A stretch of DNA of 64,000 nucleotides, taken from NCBI GenBank assembly GCA_041496385.1, contig JBGQEL010000003.1, positions 1-64,000 of the forward strand, in the 5' to 3' direction. This document shows positions 55,695 through 64,000 of this stretch, one piece after another (positions within the stretch are counted from its first letter, which is position 1; each line of letters opens with the position of its first letter). A program made the position numbers and the translations under genes. A model generated the notes under the pieces. That model was given only the letters and a program-made list of their open reading frames with translations, made no database searches and had not been told where the DNA came from. The stretch comes from Candidatus Methylomirabilia bacterium (GTDB taxonomy: Bacteria > Methylomirabilota > Methylomirabilia > Rokubacteriales > CSP1-6).

Positions 55695-55982
55695 TACCGA
55701 AGAGCGGGGCTATCCGCCCTACCGCCCGAGGGTCACGGCGCACCGAAGGTTTCAAACCGAAGGGGCCTCTTCCGCCTCAAGGCGCTGTGACACGACTGAC
55801 CGAGAACTGGCCGATAGCGAGGGCGGCGAGGGGCCTGGAAACAACCTCCTTCGTTACCCCAACGGCTCTGAGCGCCCATGATGATGGGCGGCGATCTCGG
55901 TCGCCGTGACTTCCCACTGGCGCGGGTGCGAGCAATGCCGATAAGCTGGGGCGTGCAATCGAGTTTGCCGCGGGAGGTCGTG

Positions 55983-57242
55983 ATGCCGCTCTTTGGGCAG
56001 TGCTTCCTGAGTGATGTGCTGAAGAAGCCCGTCCTGGATCCACGAGGCGACGTCGCGGGGCGCCTCAAGGACGTCCTCGTCGTGAAGGGCGAACCCTTGG
56101 CCAAGGTGGCGGCGATCCTCGTCACGAGGAACCGCCGAAGCTTTCTCGTCCCCTGGCGCGACGTCGAGATGTTCAACCGCCGCATTCTCTCGATTCGCTG
56201 CGAGGCTGAATCCATCCAGTCCTACCAGCTGGCGGACGAGGACTTACTCGCCGTGCGGGACATCCTTGACAAGCAGATCGTCGATGCGAATGGAGCGAAG
56301 GTTGTACGGGTCAACGACATCCGCCTCGAGGGCTACAACGGAGAGGCTGTATTGACGGCGGCCGACGTCGGAGTGCGCGGCTTGCTTCGACGGTTAGGGG
56401 TCGAACGCCAGAGTGAACGGTTCTTCGGTCTTCTGAAGGTGCAGCTGCCCCTCACACTCATCAGTTGGCAGTACATCCAGGCGTTGAGCCCGAAGCTCAA
56501 GACCCTGGCGCTCACCGTTCCGCGGCAGATGGTGGCGGCTCTTCATCCCGCTGACCTGGCGGAGATCCTGAGTCAGGTCTCACGCGACGAGGGACGCTCT
56601 CTGCTGACGGAGCTCGACGTCAAAACCGCGGCAGGGGCGCTCTCCGAGCTCGAGTCCGAGGAGCAGGTTCAGCTGATTGCCGAGATCGATGCCCAGAAGG
56701 CAGCGGACATCATCGAGGAGATGCCTCCGGACGAAGCCTCCGACGTCCTGGGCGACCTCCCCGCAGACAAGGCCAAGGAGATTCTCGATCGGATCGAAGT
56801 CAAGGAGTCGGAGGACATCCAGGAATTGCTCGGCTACGAGGAGGACAGCGCGGGCGGACTCATGACCACCGAGTTCATCGCCTACCCGTCGACCCTGACG
56901 GCCGGAGAGGCGATTCAGCGGTTCAAGGAACGCGCTGGTCGCGACGAGCCCATGTATCAGGTCTACGCGATCGGAGCCGACGACAAGTTCGTCGGTGTCG
57001 TGGCCCTTCGGAGCCTTCTCATCGCAGAAAGCACGGAGCCCCTCCACACGCTCGTCGAAGCGCGGCAGCGGACGGTGCCGCCGGATATCGATGGACGGCA
57101 CATCGCCACGCTCATGTCGAAGTACAACCTCATCGCGCTGCCCGTCGTCGGTGCCGACGGCCGCCTCCTCGGCGTCGTGACCATCGACGACGTCATCGAT
57201 CGCCTCCTTCCGGCGGCGGTCCGGAAGAAGCGGAAGGCCTAG
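55983..57242 (+). CDS. Soluble PRC-barrel/MgtE-N/CBS-pair protein (no TM domain)
   Basis: DKQIVD..VVRVND, LHPADLAEI, YEEDSAGGLMTTE, GVVTIDDVID; SD gggagg. Confidence 0.85.
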   Translation: MPLFGQCFLSDVLKKPVLDPRGDVAGRLKDVLVVKGEPLAKVAAILVTRNRRSFLVPWRDVEMFNRRILSIRCEAESIQSYQLADEDLLAVRDILDKQIVDANGAKVVRVNDIRLEGYNGEAVLTAADVGVRGLLRRLGVERQSERFFGLLKVQLPLTLISWQYIQALSPKLKTLALTVPRQMVAALHPADLAEILSQVSRDEGRSLLTELDVKTAAGALSELESEEQVQLIAEIDAQKAADIIEEMPPDEASDVLGDLPADKAKEILDRIEVKESEDIQELLGYEEDSAGGLMTTEFIAYPSTLTAGEAIQRFKERAGRDEPMYQVYAIGADDKFVGVVALRSLLIAESTEPLHTLVEARQRTVPPDIDGRHIATLMSKYNLIALPVVGADGRLLGVVTIDDVIDRLLPAAVRKKRKA

Positions 57243-58481
57243 ATGCTTCGTAGCCCACGCCGCCTCTGGTCCCGCCTCGTCTTGCTCGGATCAATCATCG
57301 GTCCCGGGATCATCACGGCGAACATCGACAACGATGCCGGCGGAATTGCGACCTATTCCATTGCTGGGGCCCACTTTGGGTACGCGCTGCTCTGGACAAT
57401 GGTCCCAGCGACGGTAGTGCTCATCGTGGTACAGGAAATGGCGTCGCGGATGGGCGTCGTCACCGGGAAGGGCCTGGCTGCCCTGATCCGCGAACGCTTC
57501 GGCGTTCTTGTCACGTTCTGGCTCATGGTTGCGTTGCTTGTGACGGATCTCGGCAATACGACGGCGGAGTTCGCGGGCTGGGCGGCCAGCATGGAGCTCT
57601 TTGGGGTCTCGAAATACATCTCGGTTCCGTTGGGCGCGCTCTTCATCTGGCTCCTGGTCGTCAAGGGAACCTATCGCGTGTTCGAACGGATCTTCCTCGG
57701 GATTTGTCTTGTGTACCTCACGTATGTCGTCGCCGCCGTGATGGCGAAGCCGGACTGGGTGGACGTCGCGAAGCACACGCTTCGGCCCACGCTCCGGTTC
57801 GATGCGGCGTATCTCTCCATGACGATCGGCCTCGTAGGCACGACCATCGCCCCCTGGATGCAGTTCTACCTGCAATCGGCGATTGTGGAGAAGGGGGTAC
57901 GGCCGGATCAGTACTGGGGCGTACGCGTCGACGTCATTGTGGGCTCGTTCATGACCGACATCGTCGCCCTGTTCATCATGGTGGCATGTGGGGCTACGCT
58001 GTTTCACGCTGGTATCCACGTGGACAGCGCGGAGCAGGCGGCGCAGGCGTTGACGCCCCTGGCCGGACGATACGCCTCTCTGCTCTTCGCCGCGGGGCTG
58101 GCCAACGCCTCCCTGTTTTCGGCATGCATCCTGCCGCTGGCTACCGCCTACTACATCTGTGAAGCCATGGGCTGGGAGGCCGGGGTGGACAAAACCTTGC
58201 GCGAGGCGCCGCAGTTCATAGGTCTCTACACGGGGTTCATCGTCGTCGGCGCAATGATCGTGATGATCCCCCGTGTGCCGCTGATCCCCATCATGTGGAT
58301 TACGCAAGTCATCAACGGCATCATGCTCCCGTTCGTGCTGCTACTCATGCTGAAGCTCGTCAATGACGAAACCCTCATGAAGGGGTGGACGAACTCCCGG
58401 TTCCAAAACACCGTGGCATGGGTGACCACGTGGGTGATGATCGCTTTAACGGTGGGGCTCCTCGTGTCCTCAGTTGCGTGA
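57243..58481 (+). CDS. NRAMP-family transporter, Mg2+-type (NRMT-like)
   Basis: GPG..ANIDNDAGGIATYS, QEM..RMG..TGKG, GTTIAPW. Confidence 0.85.
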   Translation: MLRSPRRLWSRLVLLGSIIGPGIITANIDNDAGGIATYSIAGAHFGYALLWTMVPATVVLIVVQEMASRMGVVTGKGLAALIRERFGVLVTFWLMVALLVTDLGNTTAEFAGWAASMELFGVSKYISVPLGALFIWLLVVKGTYRVFERIFLGICLVYLTYVVAAVMAKPDWVDVAKHTLRPTLRFDAAYLSMTIGLVGTTIAPWMQFYLQSAIVEKGVRPDQYWGVRVDVIVGSFMTDIVALFIMVACGATLFHAGIHVDSAEQAAQALTPLAGRYASLLFAAGLANASLFSACILPLATAYYICEAMGWEAGVDKTLREAPQFIGLYTGFIVVGAMIVMIPRVPLIPIMWITQVINGIMLPFVLLLMLKLVNDETLMKGWTNSRFQNTVAWVTTWVMIALTVGLLVSSVA

Positions 58482-58484
58482 GCC

Positions 58485-59834
58485 GTGGGCCTCGCGATGA
58501 ATGCCGCTGAGCCGTTCGTCCGGCGACTGAGTCACCTGCTCGAAGCGGGCCGGGAGGGACGAATCCTCCAAGTGCTACAAGACGTCCATGCGCTCGATAT
58601 CGCGCAGGCGCTGAGCGAAATGTCGCGACCCGAGCAGGTGAAGCTGTTCCAGTTGTTGGATCGCGTACGGGCGGCGGAGGTGCTTCAACGCCTCGATGAG
58701 TACACGCTGCGCGAGCTGCTGCCCCGGCTCGATTACGAGAGGCTCGCGACCGTCCTGGATCTCGTGCCAATCCATCGGGCGGTGGCACTGATCACGAGGC
58801 TTCGACCGGAGGAGACTACGAGGATCACGCGTCTGTTGCCCGATGACCGCGCGAACGAGGTCGGAAGACTCCTGCGCTACAAGGAGGGGACCGCGGCTCG
58901 GCTGATGTCGCCGTCAGTTGCCGCGATGCCCGAAACCGCGACGGTCGCCGAGGCACTCGCGAGGATCCGGGCCGGCGGGGGCTGTGAGGCTGCCCCAATG
59001 GTGTACGTGGTGGATGGACACAAGCACCTGGTCAATGTCGTGCCGATCGGGACACTGCTCGTCGCCGCGCCCGAGAGGCCTTTGTCGTCACTCGAACACC
59101 AACCTGTCATCAGCGTGACCCTGGACACTGCCGAGGACGAGGTCGCGCACGTAGTCAGAAGGTATGGTCTCTGGTCGGTCCCCGTACTCGATGAGCAATG
59201 GCGATTCGCGGGCAGCATCTCGATTCACGACATCATTCCGGCGATCCAGCGCGCGGCGGCCGATGACCGGCACCAGCAGGGGCGCGCAGAGACGGCTCTC
59301 GACCGTCCCGGCGCCGCGTTCGTGCGGCGTCTCGGCTGGCGCCTGGCGAACCTCGCGGCCGCGGTGATCGTGGCGACAGCGGTAGGGCTGTTTGAAACTT
59401 CCATTCAGATGCTGGCAGTTCTGGCCGTGCTGATGCCGATCGTCGCTTCAATGGGCCGAGAGCGTACACTTCAGACAATGAGTCTTTTCCCGTATGCGCT
59501 CGATATTCGACACGTGAGTGCACGTCATATCGGACAGGTCCTGAGAAGGGAATGCGAGTTAAGTCTCGCGACTGGGCTCCCCACGGCGTTGACCAGCGTG
59601 GTGATCGCCTACGTCTTGGAGCGACAGATGCTCCTGAGCCTGATCCTTGGCGCTGCCGTCCTCCTGACGATGCTCGTGGCGTCTGTGGTCGCTGTCCTCG
59701 TTCCGTTGACGCTCAGCGTATTGAAGATCTCGGCGAGAGGGGCGGCGGCAGTCATCGCGACGACAATTACGGACTTTTTCGGCTTCTTTTGCTTCCTCGG
59801 GCTGGCGACAGTGTTGCTCCGGTATTTGGTCTAA
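58485..59834 (+). CDS. Divergent MgtE-like magnesium transporter
   Basis: HALDIA N-domain, TAARLM, CBS pair, five TMs with MPIVASMG and TTITDFFGF. Confidence 0.75.
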   Translation: MGLAMNAAEPFVRRLSHLLEAGREGRILQVLQDVHALDIAQALSEMSRPEQVKLFQLLDRVRAAEVLQRLDEYTLRELLPRLDYERLATVLDLVPIHRAVALITRLRPEETTRITRLLPDDRANEVGRLLRYKEGTAARLMSPSVAAMPETATVAEALARIRAGGGCEAAPMVYVVDGHKHLVNVVPIGTLLVAAPERPLSSLEHQPVISVTLDTAEDEVAHVVRRYGLWSVPVLDEQWRFAGSISIHDIIPAIQRAAADDRHQQGRAETALDRPGAAFVRRLGWRLANLAAAVIVATAVGLFETSIQMLAVLAVLMPIVASMGRERTLQTMSLFPYALDIRHVSARHIGQVLRRECELSLATGLPTALTSVVIAYVLERQMLLSLILGAAVLLTMLVASVVAVLVPLTLSVLKISARGAAAVIATTITDFFGFFCFLGLATVLLRYLV

Positions 59835-59850
59835 GCGCGGCCAAAAACGT

Positions 59851-59895
59851 ATGTTGCCGGACGATACCTGAAGGAGCCCTGAAGGAGCGCTGAAG
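59851..59895 (-). promoter_or_regulatory. Triple CTTCAG box (11-bp period) with -10-like hexamer, facing antisense to mgtE
   Basis: Plus CTGAAG at 59868, 59879, 59890; minus CAACAT 11 nt after the last repeat. Confidence 0.55.
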
Positions 59896-59915
59896 GCTGA
59901 GCGAAGCTGGCGAGA

Positions 59916-61319
59916 TCAGAAGGCGAGCGGCAGCCAGATCCTGAAGGTTGCTCCACTACCGCGGGCGCTGTTCACGGAGATTCTCCCACCCTGTCCTTCG
60001 ACGAGTGCGCGGCAAATCGCCAGTCCCAGTCCGACGCCGGGCGCCTCCATGCTGAGCGAGGCACTTCCCCGATAGAACCTCTCGAAGAGCCGGGGCACCT
60101 CTTCATCGGGGATTCCTGGACCAGTATCAGACACGGCGACCACAGCCGAGCTTCCCTCGATCGCGACGCCGACCGTGACGTCACCGCCCGGGGGCGAGAA
60201 TTTGACCGCATTGTCCAATACGTTCGCGACGACATGGCTCAGCGCGGACGGGGCAACATTCACTGCCAGCTCCGGCGGGATATCCATCACGAGCGCCACG
60301 TTTCGGCGAAGAGCCTCGGGGCCGAGACGCTTCACCGCCTCCTGGAGAATCGACGTCAAGTCCACTGACCGCGGCGCCTCCGGCGGTCCACCTGCGTCCA
60401 GGCGAGCCAGCATGAGTAGCTCATCTGTCAGGCGAGAGAGTCGCTCGACCTCGCTCAGGCAAGACCGCAGCGCTTCCTCGTACTCGGCACGTTCTCGCGC
60501 TCGGCGCAAGGTCACCTCAAGTTCTGCGCGGAGGCGCGACAGTGGCGACCGGAGCTCGTGAGAGGCGTCTGCAGTGAAGCGACGCTGAGCTTCGAAGCTC
60601 TGCTCGATTCGAGCAAGCATGTCGTTGAGCGTCTCGACCAGGCGAGCTATCTCGTCCCGGGTGCCCGGATGCGGGAGCCGCTCGGCGAGCGCCGACTCCC
60701 CGATCATCCTCGCGCGCTCGACGATCTGAGCAATCGGACGCAATACCGTCCGCGCCAGCATGGCGCCCGTCAACACGACCGCGCCGAGAATGCCTGCGGA
60801 CATCGCGAGCAAGAGGAGTCGCGCCAGGCGCAGAGTCGCATTGGCGTCGGCGAGTGAAGTTCCAACCTGGATCACATAGGCGTGACTACCGATCTGGAGG
60901 GGAACCGAGAGCAGTCGCACCCGTTCGTCGCCGAAATCGTCCACGGTCTCGAAGACCCTCTCGCCGGTGCGCAATTTCGCCAGGAGGGACGCTGACGTCG
61001 GAAGACGCGCGGTGCCCAAGTTCGCGCTGCGGGCGATGATTCGGCTGCCCGGGTCCACGTACTGGATGAATTTGTCGAGCCGAGGAAAGGACGGCGGCGC
61101 CGTGCCCGGGGACATCTCATGGATGTGGAGCGGGTGGCTCAAGTCGGCCACCGTCGCATTGACTTCCGTGAGGGCCAGATCCAGGAGCGCCTGGTCAACT
61201 TGGCCAAGCACCATGCGGGAAAACGCCCAGTTGGCACCGAGCGACGCTATCGCCAGGATGAGGCCGACGGCCACGACGTGCCGAACGAAGACTCTCTGCT
61301 TGAGGTTGAGCCGGATCAT
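59916..61319 (-). CDS. Sensor histidine kinase (HAMP, heavy-metal-sensor-like)
   Basis: Two TMs, HAMP, FTADASHELRSPL, NVLDNAVKF, DTGPGI, GLGLAI. Confidence 0.92.
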   Translation of the reverse strand: MIRLNLKQRVFVRHVVAVGLILAIASLGANWAFSRMVLGQVDQALLDLALTEVNATVADLSHPLHIHEMSPGTAPPSFPRLDKFIQYVDPGSRIIARSANLGTARLPTSASLLAKLRTGERVFETVDDFGDERVRLLSVPLQIGSHAYVIQVGTSLADANATLRLARLLLLAMSAGILGAVVLTGAMLARTVLRPIAQIVERARMIGESALAERLPHPGTRDEIARLVETLNDMLARIEQSFEAQRRFTADASHELRSPLSRLRAELEVTLRRARERAEYEEALRSCLSEVERLSRLTDELLMLARLDAGGPPEAPRSVDLTSILQEAVKRLGPEALRRNVALVMDIPPELAVNVAPSALSHVVANVLDNAVKFSPPGGDVTVGVAIEGSSAVVAVSDTGPGIPDEEVPRLFERFYRGSASLSMEAPGVGLGLAICRALVEGQGGRISVNSARGSGATFRIWLPLAF

Positions 61320-61993
61320 GGGCCCGAGGACCCCAGCATGTAGCCGCCTCCCCGAACCGTCTGGAGAAGCTGGGGTGTGCGCTCCACGTCTATCTTTCTC
61401 CGCAAGTGGCTCACGTGGACGTCCAGCAGGTTCGAAAGTGCTTCGGGCTCCGCCTCCCAGACTCGTTCGGCGAGCGAGGCGCGACTCACCACTTCACCTG
61501 CATGACGCATGAGAACTTCGAGAATCGCGTACTCCTTTGGAGTCAGGCTGATAGGCGCGCCACCTCGCGTCACGCGGTGGCTCAGCGGGTCGAGCGCCAG
61601 ATCGGCGACCCTGAGTACGACGGATCGAGTCGAGTCCGAGCGGCGCAAGAGGGCGTGGATGCGAGCCAGGAGTTCCGAGAACCCAAAGGGTTTGGTGAGG
61701 TAGTCGTCGGCACCTGTGTTGAGTCCTGTGACCCGATCCTCGAGTGAGTCGCGAGCCGTGAGCATGAGGATTGGCGTCGAGATCCCCCGTTCCCGCAGAT
61801 CCCGGCACACGACGATTCCTTCCCTGTCCGGCAAGACCCAATCCAACACGATCACGTCGTAGTCGTTGACACTCGCCATCTCATCGCCTGCTTCGCCGGA
61901 GTGAGCAACGTCCACGACAAAACGCTCTTCCTGCAGGCCCTTGGCGAGCAAGCGCGCGGCCTTACGGTCGTCCTCGATGACCAGGATTCGCAT
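61316..61993 (-). CDS. OmpR-family response regulator (CusR/CzcR-like)
   Basis: ILVIEDD, LDWVLP, GADDYLTKPF, TVRGGGY. Confidence 0.93.
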   Translation of the reverse strand: MRILVIEDDRKAARLLAKGLQEERFVVDVAHSGEAGDEMASVNDYDVIVLDWVLPDREGIVVCRDLRERGISTPILMLTARDSLEDRVTGLNTGADDYLTKPFGFSELLARIHALLRRSDSTRSVVLRVADLALDPLSHRVTRGGAPISLTPKEYAILEVLMRHAGEVVSRASLAERVWEAEPEALSNLLDVHVSHLRRKIDVERTPQLLQTVRGGGYMLGSSGP

Positions 61994-62067
61994 CCGGTAG
62001 TCGTAAGATACTATCGATCTCGTGTAGCGGGCAATCCGCTGGGTTCCCGGCCAGAACCGGCTCGGCG

Positions 62068-62126
62068 ATCCTGAAGAAAAATTCAGTCAATCCTTCAGGA
62101 TTTCTTCATTCACCCATCCCTATGCT
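62068..62126 (+). promoter_or_regulatory. OmpR-type box plus -10 for the porin operon
   Basis: CTTCAG-N5-CTTCAT-N11-TATGCT (62093-62126); inverted atcctgaag/cttcaggat. Confidence 0.7.
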
Positions 62127-62272
62127 TCTTGCTCGGACGGCGCCCTCGGAGTGCGGTTCGCTCGCGTGCGCCGGGATCTCGGATCACGTCGTCGTTCGGC
62201 GGGGCGGCGACACCCGGGGACGTCGAGACCGGGCGAACTGCTGGCTGGTGACGCGGAGAAGCGGGAGGGACT

Positions 62273-63457
62273 ATGAAACGATACGCGCTCGCGCTTGGCT
62301 TCATCGGACTGCTCGTCGTCGCGTCGTCACCCGTCGCCTTTGCCCACACCAAGGGGCTCACCCTCAGCCGATTCGGCCTGATCGACGTCTCGCTGCAGGC
62401 CAACGTCGCCTACGCGACCTTCAGCGACCCCAATAAGGTCGACTTCGACAAGATCGGGGACCGGCACTCGAAGGGGTTCAACCTGACGAGCTTCGATCTC
62501 TCGCTCACCGGCCAGACACCCGAGTTCCCCCTGAAGTACGCCTTGTTCCTCACGTTCGAACAGGACAAGGCGAGCATCGAGGAAGCCTTCCTCTTCTTCC
62601 ACAAGCTCGAGGAGTTCTCGCCGGCGCTCAGCGACTTCCAAGCGACGGTGGGTCAGTTCAGGGCCAAGTTCGGACAGTTCAACCAGATCCACGACCACGA
62701 GTGGTTCCTCGCTGATCCGCCCTTGATCCACACGAAGTTCCTCGGCGTGGACGGCGTCCACCTGCTGGGCACCGAAGTGACCTATCAGGTGCCGATCCCC
62801 TACTTTCTCCAGTTCTCGCTCTCGATCCAGAGCAAGGGCGCGCTGGACGGGTTCCCGGCGGCGACCAGCAGTACGCCCCCCACCTTCGCGCTGCGCACGG
62901 CCGACGACATGGTGGTGTTCCCCAGGATCGAGACGTTCCTGGACCTGACGGACAATACGGATCTCTCTCTGGGGGCCTCCGGCGCCATCGGCAGGAACAA
63001 GCCCACGGGCAGCGACCGCACCTATCTAATCGGAGGGGACGTCCTGCTGCGCTCGAAGTCGGGCGCCGGGGCCTGGCCGTACATCCGGTGGCTGACCGAG
63101 GCCATCTGGGCGGTCAGAGAGAATCCCATCGTCCAAGCGGGCGCCAACAAGGGGCTTCAGGTGAACAGCGACGTGGTCGGCGGAGTCTTCTCGGAGCTCG
63201 GCTACCGGTTCTCGCCCCACTGGCAAGTGACTGGTCGCGTCGACTACGTGGGAATTCCCAAGGGGAACGAGGACGAGCACCTTCGCCTCACGGGAGGCCT
63301 GCGGTACCTGATCAGCTCGGTGGCGAAGATCGGCCTCCAGTACGAGTACAGCGCGCCATCGGGCCGCGATAAGCCCTACAGCGCCGTCTTCATCCAGTTC
63401 AACGTGGGGCTGGGCACCGTGACCCCGGGCGTCGGAAAATTCCTGGATCCGTTCTAG
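62273..63457 (+). CDS. Outer-membrane beta-barrel (porin-like), metal-uptake associated
   Basis: Signal peptide AFA-H; IEEAF, GQFRAKFGQFNQIHDHEW, alternating beta strands; upstream of a metal SBP. Confidence 0.7.
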   Translation: MKRYALALGFIGLLVVASSPVAFAHTKGLTLSRFGLIDVSLQANVAYATFSDPNKVDFDKIGDRHSKGFNLTSFDLSLTGQTPEFPLKYALFLTFEQDKASIEEAFLFFHKLEEFSPALSDFQATVGQFRAKFGQFNQIHDHEWFLADPPLIHTKFLGVDGVHLLGTEVTYQVPIPYFLQFSLSIQSKGALDGFPAATSSTPPTFALRTADDMVVFPRIETFLDLTDNTDLSLGASGAIGRNKPTGSDRTYLIGGDVLLRSKSGAGAWPYIRWLTEAIWAVRENPIVQAGANKGLQVNSDVVGGVFSELGYRFSPHWQVTGRVDYVGIPKGNEDEHLRLTGGLRYLISSVAKIGLQYEYSAPSGRDKPYSAVFIQFNVGLGTVTPGVGKFLDPF

Positions 63458-63534
63458 TCTACGTCTAGACTGGAGGCCGGAAGCGGTGATGGATCTCACT
63501 CCTGCGCACCTCGAAGCGCAGCTCGAGGAGTCTC

Positions 63535-64000
63535 ATGCAGGCACATAGCTCCCTGACGGGTATCGCGATCGTGCTGACCGCCATGTGCTTCGTCGTCGGC
63601 GCCGCGACCGCGCACGACGACAACACGCTCCCCCGTCCCGATCAACGGCGCGGCGGGCCGACGCTGAACGTTGTCGCCACGCTTGAGCACTACGGCTCGA
63701 TCGCGAAGGTCATCGGTGGCGACAGGGTCAAGGTGAGCGTGATCGTGAAGGGCTCCCAGAACCCCCACACGATCGCCGTCAAGCCGAGCTACTCGGTGCT
63801 CTTCAACAAAGCCGACCTCCTGGTCGCGAACGGGCAGCTGATCGAGCTGGGCTGGCTGGACGTCGCGCTCATCAATGCGAGGAACGCCAAGATCCAGGAG
63901 GGGCACCCGGGGTTCGTGAACTGCTCGATCGGGGTCGACATCATCCCGTATACGGCGGACGAGATCGAGGGCACCCCCTTCTTCATCCTCAATCTCGGCG
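63535..64000 (+). CDS. ZnuA/TroA-type metal ABC substrate-binding protein, runs off the window
   Basis: LNVVAT..YGSIAKVIGGDRVKV..QNPH..KPS..ADLLVANG..ELGWL; SD gaggag. Confidence 0.85.
   Translation, partial: MQAHSSLTGIAIVLTAMCFVVGAATAHDDNTLPRPDQRRGGPTLNVVATLEHYGSIAKVIGGDRVKVSVIVKGSQNPHTIAVKPSYSVLFNKADLLVANGQLIELGWLDVALINARNAKIQEGHPGFVNCSIGVDIIPYTADEIEGTPFFILNLG

Noticed and set aside
55760..55980. M-box or other metal riboswitch upstream of the Mg cassette
   Set aside because: No recognisable M-box, yybP-ykoY or NiCo consensus by eye; an Infernal scan would be needed

Overview
High-GC bacterial chromosomal window with a two-membrane envelope (secretin, TonB-dependent receptor, porin). The style resembles Rokubacteria/Methylomirabilota, but that is an inference. 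The backbone carries a GNAT fragment, MFS, crotonase and FabH; a type II secretion operon (gspEFGHIJKLMCD, minus strand); ZIP, aroQ, an ECF sigma factor fused to a membrane/exported domain, an acyl-CoA carboxyltransferase, a secreted lipase, GTP-PEPCK, cobS-cobC, an E1 alpha/beta dehydrogenase pair plus GGT, and a cobamide salvage/uptake operon (cobU-cobT-cbiA-btuFCD-btuB-cbiZ-tonB) with two cobalamin riboswitches. Two accessory segments stand out. (1) About 3.4-10.9 kb: a predicted sigma54-driven three-gene exported module (NHL/Ig protein, lipoprotein, 1,100-aa protein with a Zn-phospholipase C/P1-nuclease-type N-terminus) next to the T2SS, plus remnants of an XRE/nucleotidyltransferase pair. 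(2) About 49.2-64 kb: a metal-homeostasis island (SBP, HupE/UreJ, membrane SAM enzyme, IS1182 relic, MgtE-N/CBS, NRAMP, MgtE, OmpR-type two-component system, porin, metal SBP). In it an 11-bp-period CTTCAG box recurs three times with the same promoter geometry, once pointing antisense into the Mg transport genes. No rRNA, tRNA or CRISPR was seen.
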